A stretch of DNA of 64,000 bases from an uncultured Acidobacteriota bacterium (GCA_963805975.1 CAWDVR010000005.1:416001-480000), one strand, 5' to 3'; shown: positions 18,345-30,045, counted from the stretch's first letter. Notes: generated by a model from the letters alone, not told the origin. Made by a program: numbers and translations.

Positions 18345-20090
18345 ATGAAGAAGCTCGCTTATCTCCTTCCCTACTTGCGTCGTTACCCCGGGGCTCTCGC
18401 CGGGGGCACGGCGGCGATCGTCGCGGCCTCGGTGGCCGGGCTCGCGTCGCCGATCCTCATCGGCCGCGCGGTGGACTCGCTCTCCGCCGACCTCTCGCAG
18501 CAGGCGCTCCTGGTCTACGCCGGCCTCCTGGTCGGGGTGGTGGCGGTGCGCGGGGTCTTCACCTACTTGCAGCGCATGATCCTGGTGACCATGAGCCGCT
18601 CGATCGAGCGCGACATGATCACCGAGTTCTTCGCCCATCTCGAGAAGCAGCCGCTCTCCTTCTTCCAGAGCCGCCAGACCGGCGACCTGATGGCGCGCGC
18701 CACCAACGACCTCTCGGCGGTGCGCATGATCTGCGGCCCGGCCATCATGTACGGTGGCAACACGGTGTTCACCGGCCTGGGGTCGCTGTTCTTCATGGTT
18801 CGGATCCACCCCCTGCTGGCGCTGGCGGCGCTCGCCACGATGCCGCTGGTGGTGGTCGCCACGCGCTGGTTCGGCACCCGCATCCACCAGCTCTTCACCG
18901 TTGTCCAGGAGCGGTTCTCGGCGCTTTCGGCCCGGGTCCAGGAGCACCTGGCCGGCGTCCGCGTGGTGCGCGCCTACGCCCGCGAGCGCTTCGAGGAGGG
19001 GAGCTTCGACCGCGCCAACCTCGCCAACGTGGAGGCCAACCGGACGCTGATCCGCTGGAACGCCGCCTTCATGCCGGCGCTCGAAGGGTTGATCGGCGTG
19101 GGCTACGTGGTGGTGCTCGCCTACGGCGGGCTGCTGGTGCGCCAGGGCGCGATCTCGGTGGGCGAGTTCGTGGCCTTCAACTTCTTTCTCGGCCGCATGA
19201 TCTGGCCGATGATCGCCATCGGCTGGGTCTCGAACCTGGTGGAGCGCGGGGCGGCCTCGCTCAGCCGCATCCGCGAGGTGATGGAGGTCCAGCCGGCGAT
19301 CGCCGACCTGCCCGGCAGCGAGGCCTTTGCCGGCCACACGATCCGCGGCGAGGTCCGGTTCCGCGGCCTCGACTTCGCGTACGGTGACGGAGCGCCGGTC
19401 CTGACCGGCATCGAGCTCGACGCCCCGGCCGGCTCCACGGTGGCGATCGTCGGTCGCACCGGCTCGGGCAAGAGCACCCTCCTGTCGCTCATCCCGCGCT
19501 TGATCGACCCGCCGCCCGCCACCCTGGCCGTGGACGGCATCGACGTCCGCCAGCTTCCGCTCGCGACCTTGCGCGGAGCGATCGGCATGGTGCCCCAGGA
19601 GACGTTCCTCTTCTCGGCCACGCTGCGCGACAACATCGCCCTGGGCGTGCCGGAAGCGGCGGCGGAGGAGGTGCTCGAAGCGGCCCGGCTGGCCGGGCTC
19701 GACGAGGATCTCTCCGGCTTCCCGCGTGGGCTCGAGACCATGGTGGGGGAGCGCGGCATCACGCTCTCGGGTGGGCAGAAGCAGCGCGTGGCCCTGGCGC
19801 GGGCACTGCTGCGCCGGCCGCGGATCCTGCTGCTCGACGACTGCCTGTCGGCGGTCGACACCCACACGGAAGAGATGATCCTCGCCAACCTGCGCCGGGT
19901 CTTCGCCGGCCGCACGGTGTTCCTGGTCTCGCACCGGGTCTCGACCGTGAAGCTGGCGGACCAGATCGTGGTGCTCGACCAGGGCCGGATCGTCGAGCGG
20001 GGCACCCACGACGAGCTGGTCGCGCGCGGTGGCTTCTACGCGGACCTGGAGCGGCGGCAGCAGCTCGAAGAAGAGCTCGCCGTGGTTTGA
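18345..20090 (+). CDS. ABC exporter, fused permease/ATPase (MdlA/MsbA-like)
   Basis: Transmembrane domain; GRTGSGKS, LSGGQKQR, LLLDDCLSAVD, SHR. Confidence 0.93.
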   Translation: MKKLAYLLPYLRRYPGALAGGTAAIVAASVAGLASPILIGRAVDSLSADLSQQALLVYAGLLVGVVAVRGVFTYLQRMILVTMSRSIERDMITEFFAHLEKQPLSFFQSRQTGDLMARATNDLSAVRMICGPAIMYGGNTVFTGLGSLFFMVRIHPLLALAALATMPLVVVATRWFGTRIHQLFTVVQERFSALSARVQEHLAGVRVVRAYARERFEEGSFDRANLANVEANRTLIRWNAAFMPALEGLIGVGYVVVLAYGGLLVRQGAISVGEFVAFNFFLGRMIWPMIAIGWVSNLVERGAASLSRIREVMEVQPAIADLPGSEAFAGHTIRGEVRFRGLDFAYGDGAPVLTGIELDAPAGSTVAIVGRTGSGKSTLLSLIPRLIDPPPATLAVDGIDVRQLPLATLRGAIGMVPQETFLFSATLRDNIALGVPEAAAEEVLEAARLAGLDEDLSGFPRGLETMVGERGITLSGGQKQRVALARALLRRPRILLLDDCLSAVDTHTEEMILANLRRVFAGRTVFLVSHRVSTVKLADQIVVLDQGRIVERGTHDELVARGGFYADLERRQQLEEELAVV

Positions 20091-20136
20091 CCGATCGTCT
20101 GACCGATCCGCCGCGTGGGCCGTCGCGACGCTCGAA

Positions 20137-23100
20137 TCAAGCCGGCGTCGGCTGCTTCTCGTCCAGGAACTTCAGGAGGGCGTGGAAGTCCACCGGCTTG
20201 ACCATGTGGAGGTCGAACCCGGCCTCTTTCGACTTCCGCCGGTCCTCCTCCTGTCCCCAGCCGGTCAGCGCGACCAGCACCATCTTCTGGCCCCACGGCT
20301 GTTCCCGGATACGACGGGCGGCATCGAAGCCGTTGAGCTTCGGCAGGCCGAGATCCAGGAGAATCGCCTGGGGACGGAAGCGCTCGGCGGCGGCCACGGC
20401 CTCCAGACCGTCGTGCGCCGTGTGGGTCTCGTTGCCGGTGATCGCCAATAGCATGGCGAGGGACGCCGCCGAGTCCTGGTTGTCGTCGACGATGAGGATC
20501 CGGCGAACGGACGTCCGCTCCTCGACCGACGGCGCGGTGGGCAGGGGAGCCTGGTCCTCCTCGCTCGAGGTCGGCAGGCGTACCACGAGCTCGCTGCCCC
20601 GGCCGGGCCCTTCGCTCTGCGCCTCCACCGTCCCGCCGTGCATCTCGACCAGCCGTTTCACCAGCGTCAGGCCGATGCCGAGCCCGCCTTGCGCCCGTTC
20701 CAACGACCGATCCACCTGCATGAACATCTCGAAGATGCTGGTGAGCTTGTCGGCCGGGATGCCGATGCCGCTGTCCTTGACCTTCACCAGCACGTCGTCG
20801 CCGTCTCGCTCGGCGGTCAGCTCGATGCGGCCACCCGGCTCGGTGTACTTGCAGGCGTTGGCGAGCAGGTTGCCGAACACCTGCGCCAGCCGTACCGGGT
20901 CCGCCTGCAGGTAGATCGGCCCCGGGGGCAGGGTCACGAGAACCTCGAGCCTGGCGCTTTCGGCCAGCGGGCGGTTGGTCTCGACCGCCTGGTGGACGAC
21001 GGTTGCCAAGGCCACCGTCTCCGTGCGCAGCTCCAGCCGGTTGTGCGTCACGCGGCTCACGTCGAGCAGGTCGTCCACGAGCCGCACCATCTGGCGCAAC
21101 TGTCGCTCCATCGTGTCTCGGGCCTGCTGGATCAGCGCCTCGTTGCCGCTCGCACGCTTCATGATCTCCACCATGTTGCGCAGGGGAGCGAGCGGTCCGC
21201 GCAGCTCGTGCGCCAGCATCGCCAGGAACTCGTCCTTGCGGCGATCCGCCTCGCGCACCGCCTCCTCGGCCCGTTTGCGGTCGGTCACGTCCATCGTCAT
21301 GCCAGCCATGCGGACGGCTCGCCGCGGCTCGCCCGTGAACTCGGTGCGCCCGAAGATGGTCAGCCACCGCTCATCCCCACCGGGGTGGACGACGCGGATC
21401 TCCTCCCGCAGCTCCCCCGTCCCGGCGGGATCGATGGCCCGCGCGACGGCCGCGCCGTAGCGCTCCCGGTCGGCGGGATGGATGAGGCGGTCGAGAGCGT
21501 CCGCCAGGGTCAGCGGGCTGCCCGCCGTCAAGCCGAAGAGGGCGAGCATCCGGGCGTCCGGCTCGCCGCGATCCTCGCCGACGTGCCAGAGGAACGTCCC
21601 CATGGACGAGGAGTCCAGCGCCATCTGCAAGCGCTCCTCGCTGGCGCGCAGCGCGGCGGCGCTCTCGCGGCGGAAGCGGGCCAGTTGCAGGTGGGTCTCG
21701 ACGCGTGCCATGAGCTCCCTGGCGCTGAACGGCTTGATCAAGTAGTCGTCGGCCCCGGCTTCCATGCCTTCGACGCGGCTCTCTTCCCCGGAGCGGGCGG
21801 AAAGCATGATGACCGGCACGAAATGCGTGCGCGGGTCGGCACGGAGCTCGCGGAGGAGCCCGAACCCGTCGAGCTGGGGCATCATCACGTCGGTGAGCAC
21901 CAGATCCGGGGGCCGTTCCCGGGCCGCGGCCAAGGCCGCGGCGCCATCCGCCGTGGCTTTCACCGCGTAGCGCTCGGCCAGCAGGCGGACCAGGTAGTGG
22001 CGCATGTCGGCGTTGTCGTCGGCCAGCAGCACATGGGGCCTGCCATCGCTGTGACCCGAAAACTCGAGGCTCGCAGGGGAAGGCGGCTCGGGAAGCCACC
22101 GCAACGCTTCCTCGACGTAGGGGGTGGCGCTCGCCACGTTGGAGGTCGTGGCGCGGGGGGCGACGATCTGGTCGGGAGGCAGGTGGGCCGGGCCGAGCGG
22201 CAGGGTGACGGCGAACGTCGTGCCTTGTCCGAGGACGCTCTCGGCGGTGATCGAGCCGCCGTGCAGCTTGACCAGCTCCTGCACCAGCGCCAGGCCGATG
22301 CCGCTGCCCTTCGTGGGTGCGGCCCCTGGCGTTCCGGACCCGGTGGAAGCGCTCGAACAGCCGGGGCATCTCCTCGGCGGGGATGCCGGTGCCGGTGTCC
22401 CGCACCCGCAGCTCGGCGTTGGGCCCGGCCTGCCGCAGTGTCACCGTGATCTCGCCCTCGAAGGTGAACTTGAAGGCGTTGGAGAGCAGGTTGAGGACGA
22501 TCTTCTCCCACATCTCCCGGTCCACGTAGGCCGGCTTCGTCGAGCGGCAGGCAATCGACGGCGAGCCTCAGCCCGGCCTGTTCGACCGCCGCGCGGAACA
22601 CGCTCGCCAGCTCGAGCGGTGAAGGTCGGCTAGATCCGTCGGCTGATAAACGGCCCGCACCCGCCCGGCCTCGATGCGAGAGAAGTCGAGGAGCGTGTTC
22701 ACCAGCCGCAGCAGCCGCAGGCCATTGCGGTTCACGATCTCCAGCTGCCCGACGGCGGCTGGAGACAGCTCGGCGCGACCCTCGGCCAGCAGGTCTTCGA
22801 CCGGGCCGAGCATCAAGGTCAAGGGTGTGCGGAACTCGTGGCTGACGTTGCTGAAGAAGGCGGTCTTGACCCGGTCGAGCTCGGCGAGCGCCTCGGCCCG
22901 CGTCCTCTCTTCCTCGTACGCACGGGCGTTCGCGACGGCAGCGGCGACGTGCCCGGCGAGCAGCTCCAGGAACCCTTTGTACTCGTCGTTGACGTCGAGG
23001 CGGGGGCTGACCCCGGCGACGACGAATCCCGCCGGTTGCGCCTGACCGGGCTTCTTCAAGGGGAGCACGATCGCTCTGGGCGGCAGCTCCGGCGACGCTC

Positions 23101-23920
23101 CGCCCGGCAACGCCCCGAGCCCCCAGGGCAGGTCGATCACCTCGACCGCGCTGCCTGTCTCCACCACCTGGCGAAACGGCCACGGGGCAGAGCTGTCCGC
23201 GAGATCGATCGCCACGGAGCTGCCCGGTGGGCTCGGAACCAGCCCGGTCGATCCGGCGAGCTTCGCCGAGCGGCCTTCGTCGTCCAGCAGGTAGAAGAGG
23301 GAGAACGGCAGATCGTCGACGTTCTCGGCCACGGTGGCGGCGGCGACCTCGCACGCCACCTCGGCCGACTTCGTCCCCGAGGCCCGCGCCGAGAGCTCCC
23401 GCAGCGTCTTCAGCCGTCGCTCCCCCAAGATGCGGCCGGTCGTCTCGTTGACGATGCAGAAGATGCCGCCCACCTGCCCGCTCTCGTCGCGCACCGGGTC
23501 GTAGGAGACGTCGAAGTAGGTCTCCTCCAGAAACCCGTGGCGCTTGAGCAGGAAGAGCCGGTTGCTCGCCCAGTACGCCTCCCCCGTGGCGAGCACACCT
23601 TCGAAGAGATCCTTCAGCCCGGCCTGCCAGATCTCGCTCCACGCCTGGTGGGCGGGCAGGCCGAGGACGTGAGGGTGCTTGGCGCCGAAGACCGGCCGGT
23701 AGGCGTCGTTGTAGAGCGTGATGAGCTGGCTGCCCCAGAAGAGGACGATCTGCGCCTTCGAGGGCAGCAGGATGCTGACCGCGCTGCGCAGGCTCTGCGG
23801 CCAGAGCTCTGCCGGGCCGAGGGGAGTGCCCGCCCAGTCGAAGGCGCGGATACGCTCGCCCATCTCGCCGCCTCCGGCGAGGAAGGTGGGTTGACTGTGG
23901 GTGGTGAGATCTTTCGCCAT
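20137..23920 (-). pseudogene. Hybrid sensor kinase (PAS-GAF-HisKA-HATPase-REC-PAS-HisKA-HATPase-REC) broken by several frameshifts at 22300-22625
   Basis: GGEMGERIRAFDW N-terminus and SHEFRTPL (ORF 22568-24088), ELASVF..VDC (another frame), NLLSNAFKFT/DTGTGIP (ORF 21371-22525), then REC, PAS, HELRGPL, HATPase, REC (ORF 20137-22284). May be intact in vivo if the indels are sequencing errors. Confidence 0.8.
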
Positions 23921-24071
23921 CGCCGTTCGCCCTCGCCCGCCCTGCCGCGACCCGCTGGCGAACGATACCTCAGAGATTCTCGAGGTCGGGCCTGTGCACC
24001 GGGGTTTTCGAGCCCTCGCGTAGGCGCCCCCCGAACTGTCGTATAGGCTCCAGCGTCGGGTCGGAGATCTC

Positions 24072-24971
24072 ATGCGAGTCCTCATCACCGGTGGTACGGG
24101 CCTGATCGGCGGCCACTTGGCCCGCGACCTCGCGGCCGGGGGCTACGAGGTCGTGGTCCTCTCCCGCGACCCGTCGCCGTCTCTGCCGCCAGGGGTCCGG
24201 GCGGTGGCCTGGGACGGCAGGACGGCCGCCGGCTGGGGCCACCTGGTGGGCGGTGCGGCGATCGTGCACCTGGCCGGCGAGAACATCGGCGCCGGCCGCT
24301 GGACGGCGGCGCGCAAGCAGCGGATCTACGACAGCCGGGTGCGCTCCGGCGAAGCGGTGCTCGCCGCCGTCGAGCAGGCGGCCGAGAAGCCGCGAGTGCT
24401 CCTGCAAGCCTCGGCGGTCGGCTACTACGGCGATGCCGGCGACCGCGAGCTCACCGAGGAGTCGCCCCTGGGCACCGGCTTTCTGGCCGAGGTCTGCCGC
24501 GACTGGGAGGCGGTGACGGCGGACGTGGAGGGCCTGGGCGTGCGGCGCGCCGTGCTGCGCAGCGGCGTCGTCCTGGCACGGGAGGGTGGCGCCCTGCCCA
24601 AGATGGCGCTGCCGTTCCGCCTCTTCGCCGGCGGCCCGGTCGGCAACGGCCGGCAGTGGCTGCCCTGGATCCACATCGAGGACGAGGTGCGCGCCATCCG
24701 CTTCCTGCTCGAGCACGAGACGGCGAGCGGCCCCTTCAACCTCACGGCGCCGCAGCCGGTCACCGCACGCGACTTCGCGCGGACCCTGGGGCGCGTGCTC
24801 TCCCGGCCGGCCTTCCTGCCCGCGCCGGCCGCCGCCTTGCGGCTGGCGCTCGGCGAGATGGCGAGCGCGCTCCTCGCCAGCCAGCGGGCCTTGCCCAGGC
24901 GGCTCTCGGAGCTCGGCTTCTCCTTTCGTTTTCCGGCGGTCGAGGCGGCGCTCGGAGACCTGCTGCGATGA
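24072..24971 (+). CDS. TIGR01777 family NAD-dependent epimerase/oxidoreductase (YfcH-like)
   Basis: [44 protein letters not shown]. Confidence 0.92.
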   Translation: MRVLITGGTGLIGGHLARDLAAGGYEVVVLSRDPSPSLPPGVRAVAWDGRTAAGWGHLVGGAAIVHLAGENIGAGRWTAARKQRIYDSRVRSGEAVLAAVEQAAEKPRVLLQASAVGYYGDAGDRELTEESPLGTGFLAEVCRDWEAVTADVEGLGVRRAVLRSGVVLAREGGALPKMALPFRLFAGGPVGNGRQWLPWIHIEDEVRAIRFLLEHETASGPFNLTAPQPVTARDFARTLGRVLSRPAFLPAPAAALRLALGEMASALLASQRALPRRLSELGFSFRFPAVEAALGDLLR

Positions 24972-25834
24972 GGCGCGCCGGCCTCCTCCCGGGTTTCGTA
25001 GTGCTCGCCCTTGGCTGTGGAGCTCCGGTGGCCCCGCCGGCAGCGACCGACGGGGCCATGGTGCGGCTCGCGGGCGGTTCCTTCCGCATGGGTACGGACG
25101 ACGGTTTTCCCTACGAGGGCCCGGCCCACGAGGTGAAGCTCGCGCCGTTCGCGATCGACCGCCACGAGGTCACGGTCGCGGAGTTCGCCGGTTTCGTCGA
25201 CGCCACCCAGTACCAGACCGAGGCCGAGCGCTTCGGCTGGTCCGGGGCCTTCGACGTCGAGAGCGGCCAGTGGACGCGGATCGACGGCGCCACCTGGCGC
25301 CAGCCGGACGGGCCCGGCCACGCCGTGCGGCCGGAGGAGCCGGTGACCCAGGTGTCCTGGAACGACGCGGTGGCGTTCTGCCGCTGGCGCGGCGGTCGCC
25401 TCCCCACCGAGGCCGAGTTCGAACTCGCGGCGCGGGGCGGGCTGGTTGGCAAGCCCTACCCCTGGGGTGACGAGCTCCTGGCGGGCGGCGACCATCACAC
25501 CAACGTCTGGCAGGGCACCTTCCCGGTCGCCGACGAGGGGCGCGACGGCTTTCGCAGCCGCGCCCCGGTGGGGAGCTTCCCGCCCAACGGCTACGGGCTC
25601 CACGACATGACGGGCAACGTCTGGGAGTGGACGGCGGACTGGTACGACCCCGGCTACTACGCCGAGAGCCCGGCCGAGGACCCGCGCGGCCCGGCCGCCG
25701 GCGAGGCGCGCTCGATCCGCGGCGGCTCTTTCCTCTGCAGCGAGAACTACTGCACCGGCTACCGGGTGGCGGCGCGCAGCCAGGCGACTCCCGACAGCGG
25801 CTTGAACAACCTGGGGTTCCGCTGTGCGGGGTAG
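24968..25834 (+). CDS. Formylglycine-generating enzyme (SUMF1/FGE family), predicted lipoprotein
   Basis: Lipobox LALGC; [44 protein letters not shown] with the catalytic Cys pair. Confidence 0.92.
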   Translation: MRRAGLLPGFVVLALGCGAPVAPPAATDGAMVRLAGGSFRMGTDDGFPYEGPAHEVKLAPFAIDRHEVTVAEFAGFVDATQYQTEAERFGWSGAFDVESGQWTRIDGATWRQPDGPGHAVRPEEPVTQVSWNDAVAFCRWRGGRLPTEAEFELAARGGLVGKPYPWGDELLAGGDHHTNVWQGTFPVADEGRDGFRSRAPVGSFPPNGYGLHDMTGNVWEWTADWYDPGYYAESPAEDPRGPAAGEARSIRGGSFLCSENYCTGYRVAARSQATPDSGLNNLGFRCAG

Positions 25835-27299
25835 AGCCCTCGCCCTACTGCTTGCCGCGTCGGCGCTCGCCGTGGGCTGCGCTCGGGACGAGGCGCCGCC
25901 GGCCCCCACGGGACCGCGGCCGAACGTGCTCCTGATCGTGGTCGACGACCTCAACACCGCGCTCGGCGCCTACGGCAACCGCCGCATCTCGACCCCCAAC
26001 GTCGACCGCCTGGCCGCCCGCGGCGTGACGTTCGAACGCGCCTACTGCCAGTACCCGCTCTGCAACCCTTCGCGGACCTCGCTGCTCACCGGCCGCCGGC
26101 CAGAGTCGCTGTCCGTGATCTCCAACCGCACGCCCCCGGCGAAGGCCCTGGCGCGGAACCTGGCGCTGCCCGTCTTCTTCCAGCAGCACGGTTACTGGAC
26201 CATGCGCGCCGGCAAGATCCTGCACGGCGTGGACAACGAGGGCGCCATCGAGTGGGACGTGGTCGGCAAGCTCAACCGCCCGCTCACCAAGCTCAAGCTC
26301 ACGGAAGACACGGAGAGAAAGGCGGCCAAGCCCAGGCCGCCGCGCGACGAGCCGCCTGCCGAGGAGGGCGACGCCGAGCACCGGTTGCTGTCCCCCATCG
26401 TGGTCAAGGGGGCCGAGGCGCGGCTCGACCTGCGCGACCACCACGTGGCCGAGGAAGCCGTGCGCTGGCTCAAGCGCTCCTCGCGCCGCGAGGAGCCGTT
26501 CTTCATGGCCCTGGGGTTCCATCGGCCGCACCTGCCCTTCGAGGCGCCGGAGAAGTTCTTCCTGCTCTACCCGCCGGAAACCATCGAGCTGCCCCCAGCG
26601 CCGCCGCCCGCGGCACCGCCGGTGCCGCCGCGTGCGGTTCACACCCGGGGCGCCTTCCCGGCGATGACGCCCGACGAGCAGCGCCGGGTGATCGCCTCGT
26701 ACTACGCCTCGGTCTCCTACGTCGACTCGCAGGTCGGCCTGGTGCTCGATCAGCTCGACAAGCTCGGCCTCACCGGCAGCACGGTGGTGGTCCTCACCTC
26801 GGACCACGGCTTCCTCCTCGGCGAGCACGGCGGCCTGTGGGGCAAGGGCGCGCTCTACGAGGAAGCGGTGCGGGTACCGCTCCTGGTGGCCGGGCCGGGC
26901 GTCCGCGCCGGCGAGCGTTCGCCGCGGCCGGTCGAGCTGCTCGATCTCTTCCCGACGCTTTCCGAGCTGGCCGGTCTGCCGCTGCCCGAGAAGCTCGAAG
27001 GCAAGAGCTTCGCGCCGTTGCTGCGCGACCCCAGTGCCGCGTGGGAGCGGCCAGCCTCGACCGTGCTCTCGATCGGCGACGGCGAGAAGGACCTGGCGAG
27101 GACCGTGCGCAGCGAGCGCTTCCGCTACACCGAGTGGGGGAGCCCCGAGCGCGCCGAGCTCTACGATCACGCGGCCGACCCGAACGAGCTCCGCAACCTG
27201 GCGTCCGACCCGGCTTTCGCCCGCGAGAAGCAGGAGATGGCGAAGCTCCTGGCGGGCTCAGAGGTGAGCTGGTGGCGGAAGTGGTGGCCCTGGGGCTAG
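25824..27299 (+). CDS. Sulfatase (iduronate-2-sulfatase/choline sulfatase-like), predicted lipoprotein
   Basis: PNVLLIVVDDL, CNPSR FGly motif, GKILH, RPHLP, SDHG, ELYD..DPNEL. Confidence 0.93.
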   Translation: MRGRALALLLAASALAVGCARDEAPPAPTGPRPNVLLIVVDDLNTALGAYGNRRISTPNVDRLAARGVTFERAYCQYPLCNPSRTSLLTGRRPESLSVISNRTPPAKALARNLALPVFFQQHGYWTMRAGKILHGVDNEGAIEWDVVGKLNRPLTKLKLTEDTERKAAKPRPPRDEPPAEEGDAEHRLLSPIVVKGAEARLDLRDHHVAEEAVRWLKRSSRREEPFFMALGFHRPHLPFEAPEKFFLLYPPETIELPPAPPPAAPPVPPRAVHTRGAFPAMTPDEQRRVIASYYASVSYVDSQVGLVLDQLDKLGLTGSTVVVLTSDHGFLLGEHGGLWGKGALYEEAVRVPLLVAGPGVRAGERSPRPVELLDLFPTLSELAGLPLPEKLEGKSFAPLLRDPSAAWERPASTVLSIGDGEKDLARTVRSERFRYTEWGSPERAELYDHAADPNELRNLASDPAFAREKQEMAKLLAGSEVSWWRKWWPWG

Positions 27300-27312
27300 G
27301 GTGAGGGGTTCT

Positions 27313-28530
27313 CTACTCCCACCTCTCCTTGATCGCCGTCGCCACTCTCTCGGAAAGCGCCGCCGGCGTGTAGACGCGGAACTGGTCGATGCGCTGCAGG
27401 TGGCCGATGAAGTGGCTGGCCTGCTCCATGGGTTCCAGGATGCCGTCGAGGCGGCGTACCAGCACGCGCGACGATCCCAACCGGTGCGGGTCTTTGGAGG
27501 AGTGCGAGACGAGGACGCTGCCCACCGGAAGCTCGGACTCGAGCTCCTCGAGCAGGGCGCGGAAGCGCCGGCTGTCGGCCGCCGGCAGGTGCTCCCGAGT
27601 CTGGTAGGCGAGCGGATAGTGGCGGCGCTCGACGACCGCCGCGGCGTGCACGTCGCCCGAGCGCCGCATGGCGCTGAGCACCGACACGTCGTCCTCGGCC
27701 AGGAAGGCGCGCGGGTCGGCCGGCCAGCGCCGGCCCTCGGCGAGCAGCCACTCGTTGAGGTGCAGCTCGAGCGCCTTGCTGGTGACGTTGAAGTACACCT
27801 GGGTGAACATGTAGTAGCGCGCCATCACCAGGGCCTCGAGCGCGTGCACGCCTCCCTCCTCGACCCCCACCCCCCACAGGCCGCCCTCGGGGTCGGCCAG
27901 GGGGGCGATGGTGTCCAGCAGGCGCTCGAGGTCGTAGTTGCCGTAGCGGACGCCGCAGAACAGGCTGTCGCGCAGCAGGTAGTCCATCTTGTCGACGTCG
28001 AGCTCGCCCGAGATGATCTGGCCCAGGAGCCGGTCGGTATCTCCCTCGCCGCCTTCGAGGAGCGCCAATACCTGCTCTTCCGTGAGCCCGTGGCCATGGC
28101 GGCGGAACGCGTCCCCTACCTCCGGCAGGGCGAGCAGGCGCCGGGTCATCTCCTCGTGGTCGATGCCGTCCTCGAACAGCTCCTCGGCGGAGTGGCTGTA
28201 GGGCGCGTGGCCGATGTCGTGGAGCAGCGCCGCCGCGCGCACCAGCCGCCGCTCGGGCGCCCGGCGATCGCTCGGGAGCAGGCCGTCGCTCTTCGCCGCG
28301 AGCTGGTCGTAGACCCGGCCGGCGAGCGCCATGGCGCCCACGGCGTGGGAGAAGCGGCTGTGCTCGGCGCCGGGGAAGACGAGGTGCGAGAGGCCGAGCT
28401 GGTGGATGAAGCGCAGCCGCTGCACGGGAGCGCTCGCGATGAGCGCCGCCTCCAGCTCGTCGGCGCGGATGAAGCCGTGGACCGGATCGCGCAGGGACAG
28501 TGAAGCGGCCGTGAGCTCGCTAGCCGCCAT
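27313..28530 (-). CDS. HD-domain phosphohydrolase (SAMHD1/YwfO-like dNTPase family)
   Basis: RDPVHG, QRLRFIHQLG, HSRFSH, LLHDIGHAPYSH, HEE, DVDKMDYLLRD. Confidence 0.9.
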   Translation of the reverse strand: MAASELTAASLSLRDPVHGFIRADELEAALIASAPVQRLRFIHQLGLSHLVFPGAEHSRFSHAVGAMALAGRVYDQLAAKSDGLLPSDRRAPERRLVRAAALLHDIGHAPYSHSAEELFEDGIDHEEMTRRLLALPEVGDAFRRHGHGLTEEQVLALLEGGEGDTDRLLGQIISGELDVDKMDYLLRDSLFCGVRYGNYDLERLLDTIAPLADPEGGLWGVGVEEGGVHALEALVMARYYMFTQVYFNVTSKALELHLNEWLLAEGRRWPADPRAFLAEDDVSVLSAMRRSGDVHAAAVVERRHYPLAYQTREHLPAADSRRFRALLEELESELPVGSVLVSHSSKDPHRLGSSRVLVRRLDGILEPMEQASHFIGHLQRIDQFRVYTPAALSERVATAIKERWE

Positions 28531-28542
28531 CCCGCACCGGTC

Positions 28543-29229
28543 TCAGTTGAGCTCGTTGTCGGTGGCGAGATGGCGGAACGGGCGCAGCACCTCGAGCACC
28601 TGATGGCGGTTGCGCAGCAGGTCGAGCAGGCTCACGGCGCGCTCCGGCAGGGCGTCGGCCAGGAGCTGGATCTTGGTCATCACCGGCAGGTCGATCTCCG
28701 CCGCGATGCGGTTGACCAGGAGCTCGAAGGGCAGCGAGTCGGCGGCGTCGCCGAACTGCTCGCCTCGCAACGGGAAGCGGTCGCCGATCTCCCCGGCGAG
28801 CGCGCCGATCAGCTCGACAAGGCCGCGGCGCACGGTCAGGATGCCGGCGTCGTCCTCGGGCAGGCGCGGCTCGGCGAGCTGCCGCACCACGGCGCGGCGG
28901 TAGGGCGCGGCGTCGATCTCGTGGTCGATCTCGAAGCGGAAATCGCCGTGCAGGAGAATGTTCGAGCGGCCGTCGTGGAGCAGCTCGACGTCCACCAGAA
29001 GGCCGGCCGTGCCGCCGGGGAACACCTCCGGCATGCCCCGCCTGCCGGCTCCCGGCTTGATCAGCACCATGCCCACGAAGCGGCTCTCCGGCGGCGCCTC
29101 CAGGAGGTCCCGTACCAGCTTCCGGTAGCGCGGCTCGAAGACGTGGAGCTTCAGATCGGTGCCCGGAAAATGCACCACGTTGGGGAGCGGGAAGAGCGGC
29201 AGGTGGGTGGCGGCGTCGGCCGAGCTCAT
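28543..29229 (-). CDS. LON peptidase substrate-binding (N-terminal) domain protein
   Basis: LPLFPLPNVVHFPG..LHVFEPRYRKLV; no AAA or protease domain. Confidence 0.88.
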   Translation of the reverse strand: MSSADAATHLPLFPLPNVVHFPGTDLKLHVFEPRYRKLVRDLLEAPPESRFVGMVLIKPGAGRRGMPEVFPGGTAGLLVDVELLHDGRSNILLHGDFRFEIDHEIDAAPYRRAVVRQLAEPRLPEDDAGILTVRRGLVELIGALAGEIGDRFPLRGEQFGDAADSLPFELLVNRIAAEIDLPVMTKIQLLADALPERAVSLLDLLRNRHQVLEVLRPFRHLATDNELN

Positions 29230-29819
29230 GGCGGCGTTTCCAGGCTAGCCGAGGGGATGATAGCCCAGCTCAGGCGCTCCACCTCCCGCTCCTGGCCCAC
29301 CGCGGCCAGGAGGTCCGCCACCCGCGCGCCGTCGGGCGGCACCGCGAGGTCGGGCGCGGCGTCGGCGAGCGGTGCGAGCACGAAGCGCCGCTCCCGCAGC
29401 CGCGGATGCGGCACCGTGAGGTCGGGGCCTGCGAGCACCCGGTCCCCGTAGACCAGGAGATCGACATCCAGCGGGCGCGGCCCGTGCCGTGGCCCGGGCT
29501 TGCGTCCGGCCTCGCGCTCGAGCTCCTGGCCCAGGGCGAGGAGAGCCGCGGGCGCCAGGTGCGTGGCGCCCACCACGGCGGTGTTCAGAAACTTCGGTTG
29601 CCGGATGGGAGAGTGGGGGAGGGTGCGATACAGCCCGCCGACCACGAGCGGGCCGAGCGCCCGCTCGAGGCGCTGGATGGCGTGGCGCAAGGTCTCTTCG
29701 GCCGGGCCGAGGTTGGCTCCCAGGCCCAGCGCGAACGAGATCGCCCGTGGATCAGTCTTCGAGATCGCCGAGAGTGGCCTCTTCCTCGCCGTCGGCGATC
29801 TCCTCGTCCTCGTCGGCAT
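29226..29819 (-). CDS. folK: 2-amino-4-hydroxy-6-hydroxymethyldihydropteridine pyrophosphokinase (start uncertain, may be nearer 29750)
   Basis: [41 protein letters not shown]. Confidence 0.9.
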   Translation of the reverse strand: MPTRTRRSPTARKRPLSAISKTDPRAISFALGLGANLGPAEETLRHAIQRLERALGPLVVGGLYRTLPHSPIRQPKFLNTAVVGATHLAPAALLALGQELEREAGRKPGPRHGPRPLDVDLLVYGDRVLAGPDLTVPHPRLRERRFVLAPLADAAPDLAVPPDGARVADLLAAVGQEREVERLSWAIIPSASLETPP

Positions 29820-30045
29820 CGAGGATCGGTTCGGCCTCGACGGAGCTCTCCTCGCTGATCTCCTCTTCGTCGGCGATCTCCGCCTTGCGGCGCCGCCGGG
29901 CCGACTGCGAGGCGCTCGCCGGTTCGCTCGGTTTCAGGTGCTTGACGTTGGCGCCGCACTTCGGGCAGATCGGCTCGGGCTTGCCCAAGTCGTAGAACTT
30001 GATCCCGCAGTTCGGGCACTCGTGTTTCGATCCCAGATCAGGCAT
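29752..30045 (-). CDS. FYDLN-acid (TIGR02300-like) zinc-ribbon protein
   Basis: [28 protein letters not shown] followed by an acidic tail. Confidence 0.9.
   Translation of the reverse strand: MPDLGSKHECPNCGIKFYDLGKPEPICPKCGANVKHLKPSEPASASQSARRRRKAEIADEEEISEESSVEAEPILDADEDEEIADGEEEATLGDLED

Noticed and set aside
16707-20009. 1100-aa minus-strand ORF
   Set aside because: Shadow of the ABC exporter and an off-frame of selD; long open frames are expected at this GC content.
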